The notes under the pieces are model-generated. The model did no database searches and was not told where the DNA came from. It saw nothing but the letters and a program-made list of their open reading frames with translations. The position numbers and the translations under genes are program-made. DNA of 31,744 nt from Armatimonadota bacterium (GTDB taxonomy: Bacteria > Armatimonadota > Zipacnadia > Zipacnadales > FEN-943): contig JAKORR010000405.1 of NCBI GenBank assembly GCA_029777735.1, positions 1 to 31,744 of the forward strand, written 5' to 3'. How positions within the stretch are numbered: position 1 is the stretch's first letter; the number at the start of each line of letters is the position of its first letter. Below are positions 26,082 through 31,744 of the stretch, in pieces.

Positions 26082-27398
26082 ATGTACGCACTGGATACGC
26101 AAGCAGTCTTCATGATGGACAGAGTACAGGCGGATGCTCAGGCGCTGGCGCGCGTGGAGAGGATGCTGGATGCGCTGGGGATGGGGCGAGAGGAGGTGCA
26201 GGTAATTTCCGACGACGACCTGCCGGAGGTCATCGCGGAGCGCGAATGGCACCGGGCGTGGGTCCGCCAGGGGCGTCTGAAGGAGGCCAAGCCTCATACC
26301 TTGGTCTTCAACGCCCTAAACTTTGACGGGCGTGAGGAGCGGGTGGATGAGTTGCGGAGAGCCTGTCCCGAGGGCACGGGTGAGAACCTGTGCCGGTCGC
26401 TGCTGGGCTATGTGAGGTGTGATGCCCTGGCCCACCCACGAAAGCATGACCAGCGCCAGGATTGTGTCTGCTGGTCGGAGCACGAGTTTGTGACCATCGA
26501 GGGCTGCCCACACCGTTGCCGGTACTGCGGTTGTGGTCAGCTTCTCAACGTGATGACGAACCTGGAGGAGTTTGCGGAGCGGGTGGTGGCGCCGACCCTG
26601 GCCGAGCACGAGTGGCAGAAGTGCTTTCGCTGCAACACGACGGCGAGTGACACGCTGTGCTTTGAGCCGGAGTATGGTCTGCACCGGATCTTGACGGACG
26701 TCTGCGCGGACTTTGGCGACCGGTATCTGTACGTGCACTCGAAGAGCGCCAACGTGGACTTCATCGAGGATCTTCCGCACCGCGAGCACCTCATCGGGTC
26801 GTGGAGCCTTACGTCGCAGCCGGTAAGCATCGAGATGGAGGCGGGGGCGGCTACAGCCCTGGAGCGGCTGGAAGCGGGGCGCAAGTTTCAGGCGATGGGG
26901 TTGTCGGTGCGGTTCAAGTTCAAACCTGTGATTCCCGTGCGCGGATGGCGCGAGCAGTACGCGGAGATCATCGCTGAGATGTTTCGGATAACGCAGCCGG
27001 AGGCTGTGGGCTTTTGCGTGCTGATGTGGATGGGGGTTGAGGACATGCTGTCGACCTTCCCGCCGGATAGCCTGGATCCGGAGTACGTGACAGCGGCAGT
27101 AGCGGCGGCCGAGGAGATGAAGGGCAAAATGGTAGGGCCCTTCCCGCATGAGGTGCGGTCGGAGATTTACCGCTACCTCATCGAGCAGGTGCGTCTCCAC
27201 GACAAGCATGTGCCGCTGTTCATCTCGACGGAATCGCGGGAGATGTGGGACGAGCTGGGGCCACTGATGGGCGCGAACCCGGGCAGGTTCCAGTGTGGCT
27301 GTGGACCGATTTGCGTGCCGGGAGCGCGGTTGGTTGGGCGGCAGACGTCAACATACCTGCCGGACGAGCACGTTGATTCCAACCAGATGGAGGCATGA
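26082..27398 (+). CDS. Spore-photoproduct-lyase-like radical SAM protein
   Basis: GCPHRCRYC (CxxxCxxC), ASDTLCFEP, VHSKSANVD, SWSL..Q....EME...ERLEAGRK and RFKFKPVIP follow the SplB-family layout. C-terminal CGCG motif. Confidence 0.75.
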   Translation: MYALDTQAVFMMDRVQADAQALARVERMLDALGMGREEVQVISDDDLPEVIAEREWHRAWVRQGRLKEAKPHTLVFNALNFDGREERVDELRRACPEGTGENLCRSLLGYVRCDALAHPRKHDQRQDCVCWSEHEFVTIEGCPHRCRYCGCGQLLNVMTNLEEFAERVVAPTLAEHEWQKCFRCNTTASDTLCFEPEYGLHRILTDVCADFGDRYLYVHSKSANVDFIEDLPHREHLIGSWSLTSQPVSIEMEAGAATALERLEAGRKFQAMGLSVRFKFKPVIPVRGWREQYAEIIAEMFRITQPEAVGFCVLMWMGVEDMLSTFPPDSLDPEYVTAAVAAAEEMKGKMVGPFPHEVRSEIYRYLIEQVRLHDKHVPLFISTESREMWDELGPLMGANPGRFQCGCGPICVPGARLVGRQTSTYLPDEHVDSNQMEA

Positions 27399-27550
27399 TG
27401 TGGGGGAGGATGAGGCGGCGGCCGAATCCGCAATGGGGATAGGTATTGTGTTTACGGGCAAGCGAGGGGGTGGGGCACTCGGAGGAATCACTGCCGAAGC
27501 CCTTCTCCGCGGGCGCGGAGGCTTGTGAACGGGCGTGGGAGCGAGCCGGT

Positions 27551-27662
27551 GGGTGGCTTCTCCCCCACCCTGCGACTACAACTGTAGTAAGTGCGACGGT
27601 GTGATGGTCTTCGGGGATTCATAGAGGGGGCGGCCTCTTGACCGAAAACACAATAGTCGCAC
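27551..27662. other. Nested inverted-repeat / structured intergenic element
   Basis: GGGTGG/CCACCC hairpin (27551-27570), ACTACA-AC-TGTAGT (27575-27588), and a long imperfect stem GTGCGAC..TGTG..TTCGG..AGAGG/CCTCT..CCGAA..CACA..GTCGCAC (27591-27662). Confidence 0.5.
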
Positions 27663-27711
27663 AGTAAATCCCCTGCGGAGCCTGCTTGAGCCGTGTCGCG
27701 GAGGGACTTTC

Positions 27712-29943
27712 CTACAGCGCCTGCTTGAGTCGCATCGCCAGATCGGCAAGGGTCCTCCGCGCGGCGTCATAGCGGCGTGTGTCCCAGCCGTTGGGCAGCG
27801 TCATGACACCACTGACGAATAGCTTGCCTTCCTCTTCCCAGTACCGCTCAAAGCGTGCGGAGTTCCTGATGTGCGAGGAGTAGGAGAGGCTACCCAGCAA
27901 GTCGGCCAGTTCTCGCTCAGCTTCATCTGCTAGGTTGCGCGCCTTCTTGTCGCCCTTCTTGCGGGCCTGCTCGGTAAGGCTTCTGAGTAGTGCTACGTAC
28001 TTGTAGTCGTCGATGCCCTCGCGGAAGCCCTCCCAGGCCACAGAGGGACCGCCCGGCCGATCAGCGGTGGTTGGGTAGTGGGCGATGTGGTCGCCATACT
28101 GAGCGTCCTGGTCGTCGTAGGGGTCACCGCTGAAGGACTGGTAGGCCCAGTTGAAGCACCCGTCGGCGCCAGAGGCCAGCTGAAACCAACCCGCCACGTA
28201 GCGATCCACCAAGGGCCTGTACCACTCGACGTCGCAGTTGTAAATCAGGATGATCTTGCCCTCGGCCTTGGCCTGACGGATCACCTCGGGCTCGGCCAAA
28301 GAGCCGTTGTAGTTCCACACATCCGCCAGAGGCCCGGCGACTTTATGGAAGTAGTCGTCGCCCGGGCCGTCCTGCTCAGTGCGAAGCTCCGGTGCGAGGC
28401 GCTGGAGGATATCGAGGAGCTGACGGTTGCGCTCCTTCTCCGCCTCACCCTGCCAGGCGGGCTCGTCGACGGGCTGGATGATGATCTCAGGCCACTTGCG
28501 GGCCTTAGCGTAGTCGGCCACGAACTTCCACGTATCGGCGTAGGCGTCGGCGAAGAGCGGGTCGGTGGCGCGGATCTTGCTACCCACCGCCGACTGCACG
28601 GTGTCGTGAAGCTGGATAAGCGGGGCGGGGAACTTCAGTCTGGTGTACAAGTCCATGAAGGTCTCGTAGCGGCTGCGGCCGGGGGGAAGAAAGTCGACAC
28701 GGCGGCCGTCCACGTCCGTCTGGGCCACGTCCCAGCCAAAACACAGACCCACAGAGGTCATGCCGTGTTCGCGCATGTCGATGAGATGGCGCTCCATCTT
28801 CTCCAGGTCCTCACCAAGTTCAAGGGCAACGGGGCCTGTATAGTAGACGCCCCACCACTTGTCCGCCACTTCTGGCAGCTCGAAGGAGTACACACGCAGG
28901 CGCACCGGCAGCTCGATCAAGACCGGCTTGGCCTCGGCGGCACTCTCCTCCGCGGTGATTGTAAGTTTGGCTTCGTAGACGCCCGGAGGGGTGCCGGCGG
29001 GCACGTGCAGTGTTATCCAGAAGGAAGAGACCTGGCCCGTGGGCAGCTCCAGACCACCTTCGGGCTGGGGCTCGAGGAGCACGGGCGTCTGAGCCAAGTA
29101 TCTCATTTGCTCATCGTTGTAGATCCACCGCTTGTCAAGACAGCGCACGACTCGCAGGTCGGCCTGTGTGGCAGGTATCTTGCCGGGACCCGTGAAGTCG
29201 GACAGCGTGGCCTTCAGAGCGCGCACTTGGCGCCGGGCAGCTAGGCTCACGGTCAAGGGCTCGTATTCCCTAGGGGTCGCCGCTAGAGACAGAGTGTCGG
29301 TGCTTTCGCCCTCGGCTGGCCAGTCATCCGGGAAGACATGCTCCATCCATGGGCGCTGGAAGGCAATAAGGGCCGGGCCGTCCGCAGCGGGCAACCCCTG
29401 GGGCCTGACCGCCGGCACGTGAGTGATCTCACGGAAGACGTAAGACGGATCAGCAAACTGAAAGTTGTCGAAAAACAGCTCCCAGTCCTCGCGTGGCATC
29501 CGGTAATACAGGTAGAACTGCTGCATGCGCTGGAGGTTGAGCTGATTGCGCAGTGGGCGCACCCAGATCTCCACGCGTTTCGTCTTCTGCGGGGGGATGC
29601 TGGTGCCACCGAAGACACTGTGGCGGTCCTGGTCGTCGATGCGCCAGCTCAGACTGCAAGCCTGCTCCTGCGGGTTGTAGACGTCAAAGATGAGCGACTG
29701 CCCAGCGGATAGGTCTGGGCTAGGCGGCGATACCCCGAAGCCAGGCCAAGTGTCCTTCTGTGAGCCCGGGAAGACGACGCGCAGCGCCCACTGACCGTCC
29801 GTGGCATGCTTTTGGACGCGCTCGAAGACGCTCAGGCCGCTAGGATGCAGGGCGACAAGGTCATCCTGCGTCTCGAAGGACAAGGGCCACCCTAGGATCG
29901 AATATGCCACCATAGAGAACAAGAAGCCGGCAGTCGCACTCAC
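27712..29943 (-). CDS. Secreted GH123-like / DUF4091 glycoside hydrolase with N-terminal CBM-like domain
   Basis: GTG 29943 after AGGAGG, hydrophobic N-terminus. N-terminal beta-sandwich (DGQWALRVVF...LFFDNFQF), then REYEPLTV, QPVDEP (DE dyad), GCFNWAY and WEGFREGIDDYKY. Confidence 0.78.
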   Translation of the reverse strand: MSATAGFLFSMVAYSILGWPLSFETQDDLVALHPSGLSVFERVQKHATDGQWALRVVFPGSQKDTWPGFGVSPPSPDLSAGQSLIFDVYNPQEQACSLSWRIDDQDRHSVFGGTSIPPQKTKRVEIWVRPLRNQLNLQRMQQFYLYYRMPREDWELFFDNFQFADPSYVFREITHVPAVRPQGLPAADGPALIAFQRPWMEHVFPDDWPAEGESTDTLSLAATPREYEPLTVSLAARRQVRALKATLSDFTGPGKIPATQADLRVVRCLDKRWIYNDEQMRYLAQTPVLLEPQPEGGLELPTGQVSSFWITLHVPAGTPPGVYEAKLTITAEESAAEAKPVLIELPVRLRVYSFELPEVADKWWGVYYTGPVALELGEDLEKMERHLIDMREHGMTSVGLCFGWDVAQTDVDGRRVDFLPPGRSRYETFMDLYTRLKFPAPLIQLHDTVQSAVGSKIRATDPLFADAYADTWKFVADYAKARKWPEIIIQPVDEPAWQGEAEKERNRQLLDILQRLAPELRTEQDGPGDDYFHKVAGPLADVWNYNGSLAEPEVIRQAKAEGKIILIYNCDVEWYRPLVDRYVAGWFQLASGADGCFNWAYQSFSGDPYDDQDAQYGDHIAHYPTTADRPGGPSVAWEGFREGIDDYKYVALLRSLTEQARKKGDKKARNLADEAERELADLLGSLSYSSHIRNSARFERYWEEEGKLFVSGVMTLPNGWDTRRYDAARRTLADLAMRLKQAL

Positions 29944-30070
29944 GATGAGCACCTCCTGGACTCTTGGTTTGGTCCTTGGGCGCGCGTTTCCTTCCCTATA
30001 GGATGACGCGGGAGGCACCCGGAGAGGGACAAACAGGTAGACACTACCCCCTATCCCTTATCCCTTGCTC

Positions 30071-30170
30071 CTAGTTGGGATGCTGCCCTAAGACCCCTGT
30101 TGGGGGCTACTGTCCCCGAAGTTCCACTGGGGGAACCTGCTCCCCCAGACCCCCGTCCCGTCTAGTTGGG
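30071..30170. repeat. REP-like hairpin cluster flanked by 9-bp direct repeats
   Basis: CTAGTTGGG at 30071-30079 and 30162-30170. Inside are TGGGGGCTACTGTCCCC and CTGGGGGA-ACCTGC-TCCCCCAG-ACCCCC, with AGACCCC twice. Confidence 0.5.
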
Positions 30171-30498
30171 CGAAGCGAATCGCTATCGACACACTGGGTA
30201 ACGTGCCAGGGTACGTGACGTAGAGGGAGGAGGAAACGAGAGAAGGATTCGGGGCGAGATTCTTGTGCCGACACCGCCATTCCCGCGATACGTCCGAGCG
30301 TTTGCAGTATGGGGTCCGTGGAGGCGAGCCAGCTTATCGTGTTTTCGGTACAGCCTTCGCGAGGCGGAATCACGCTTCCCGACGGGCACAGGCCCGCTGC
30401 CCTGCCTCGGGAATGCGCCACTCCTCGATGCGCGAAGGCAGGCTACCGGTGCGGTGCAGCGAACCGTCACGACACAGCGTAGTGGAGGTGAGACGGCA

Positions 30499-31744
30499 GT
30501 GTGTAGTCCCCTGGCCTTGGTATTGATGTCCTTGATGCCCGCGGTTTGTGCGGCGGCGGGGCAGAACTTCTTGAAGAACGGAGACTTTGAGGAAGGCTTT
30601 AGTGACAGAGGCGTTCCGGCTGAGTGGCAGGCCTACGGTGGCGGGGCACCTCAGACCTCTCTGGTGGTCTCGGACGTCGCGGCCAGTGGTCGGCACTCGC
30701 TGCTGATTTCCGACTACAACCCAGCCCAGGAGGTAGGTGTGAGCCAGACAGTAGAAGTACCCGCCGAGGCGCGTTTCCTAGTGGCGTCGGTCATGGTACG
30801 TGCCGCTGAGGGCGGGAAGGGCGCCGGGGGTTTCCTGCAACTACGCTTCCTGCCGAGTCAGAAGTACTTGCAGACCAGGCTGTCCGCCTCGGCCGACGAG
30901 TGGCGCGAGTGCCGGATAGCGGGCGAAAGGCCTGAGGGCACGACGTCCATAACGGTGTACCTATACACCCATCGCGAGACGATCTGCGACACCCTCGTGG
31001 ATAAGGCGCAGGTGATAGCTATGGAGTCGCAGGATGAGCTGCTGTTGGCCTCGGACCAGCTTGACCTGAGCGCTTTTCCTCCGCCGCCGGTAGAGAAGCT
31101 CAAGGACCTGCATCTCACGACGGTGCTGGTGGAAGAGGGCAAAGCCGTTGCGTGTGTTGTAGTTCCTGGGGATGGACGCTATGAGGCGTTGGGGAAGCAG
31201 ATTGTTGACGCTGTGGCGGCAATGACGGGCGTGCGCCTGCCGGTCAAGAGCGACGAGGATGCGCCCAAGGTATTGACCGAAAACACAATAATCCTAGGGA
31301 ATCGTTCGACCAACAGGCTTCTCTCACACCTTTATGACCTGTATTACACGTACCTGGATCTCAAGTACCCTGGGGAGGGGGGCTACGATGTGCGGTCGCT
31401 GCACAACCCCTTCGGCAACGGGTATAACGCGATTCTGGTTGGGAGCAGTGACGACAGGGGCATGGCTGAGGCGACGCGCCAGTTCATTGAGGTGGCTCGC
31501 GCGGCCGTCAAGGGTAGGAATCTGGTGCTGGATTGGACGATGCGAGTGAAGCTGGGTGAGGGCCTCACACCGCCGGAGAAGGCAGACGAGGTGAAGGCCT
31601 GGGAAGAGAGCCTGATGTACCCGGGCGCAAGTTACTTTGGCTGGAACAGTTTGAGCCGTCGGCTGGCGTTGTACTACATGACGGGCGACACGAAGTACCT
31701 CGACGAGTTCCTGGAGTTGGCCTTTCCCGACGAAGAGGCCAAGC
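30499..31744 (+). CDS. Large secreted protein with N-terminal CBM4/9-like module, truncated by the window end (probable lyase/GH-like)
   Basis: Not in the ORF track because it has no stop. GTG 30499 after GGAGGTG, open for 415 codons to the end. Signal peptide MCSPLALVLMSLMPAVCAAA, then QNFLKNGDFEEG...W, ILGNRSTN..., YPGRGGYDVRSLHNPFGNG and LYYMTGDTKYLDEF. Confidence 0.85.
   Translation, partial: MCSPLALVLMSLMPAVCAAAGQNFLKNGDFEEGFSDRGVPAEWQAYGGGAPQTSLVVSDVAASGRHSLLISDYNPAQEVGVSQTVEVPAEARFLVASVMVRAAEGGKGAGGFLQLRFLPSQKYLQTRLSASADEWRECRIAGERPEGTTSITVYLYTHRETICDTLVDKAQVIAMESQDELLLASDQLDLSAFPPPPVEKLKDLHLTTVLVEEGKAVACVVVPGDGRYEALGKQIVDAVAAMTGVRLPVKSDEDAPKVLTENTIILGNRSTNRLLSHLYDLYYTYLDLKYPGEGGYDVRSLHNPFGNGYNAILVGSSDDRGMAEATRQFIEVARAAVKGRNLVLDWTMRVKLGEGLTPPEKADEVKAWEESLMYPGASYFGWNSLSRRLALYYMTGDTKYLDEFLELAFPDEEAK

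Noticed and set aside
26316-27209. 297-aa minus-strand ORF
   Set aside because: Antisense shadow of the radical SAM gene.
26082-27398. Radical SAM protein as an anaerobic sulfatase maturase (anSME) for the nearby sulfatase-like gene, or as true splB
   Set aside because: It has no SPASM Cys cluster and its layout is SPL-like. The sulfatase-like enzyme has no Cys/Ser target at the motif position, and there is no sporulation context.
28078-29244. 388-aa plus-strand ORF
   Set aside because: Antisense shadow of the GH123-like gene, with V/D/L/G-rich mirror composition.
1-31744. CRISPR arrays, tRNA/rRNA genes, IS transposases
   Set aside because: No regularly spaced repeats, cloverleaf or rRNA signatures, or DDE/HUH transposase motifs were seen.

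Overview
GC-rich bacterial chromosomal window (roughly low-60s % GC by eye) dominated by glycan-processing and redox genes spread over several transcription units. It holds two heparinase II/III-like lyases, two GH123/DUF4091-like hydrolases, a secreted LamG + FAD-oxidoreductase + discoidin multidomain protein, an L-fucose-isomerase-family enzyme and a sulfatase-fold hydrolase with Thr at the nucleophile position. It also holds two aldo/keto reductases, a Gfo/Idh/MocA oxidoreductase, a URO-D-like protein, a QueG/RdhA-like Fe-S protein divergent from an IclR regulator, an SPL-like radical SAM protein and a TetR regulator. A large CBM-bearing ORF runs off the right end and is missing from the ORF track. 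Accessory or decay features include an Xis-like-HTH/PIN toxin-antitoxin pair with a clear promoter and operator, a previously unannotated CBM9-like pseudogene with five in-frame stops, a frameshifted glycan-enzyme remnant at the left edge, and REP-like hairpins. I saw no rRNA, tRNA, CRISPR array, transposase, integrase or sugar transporter. All family calls come from motif recognition by eye, not from database searches.
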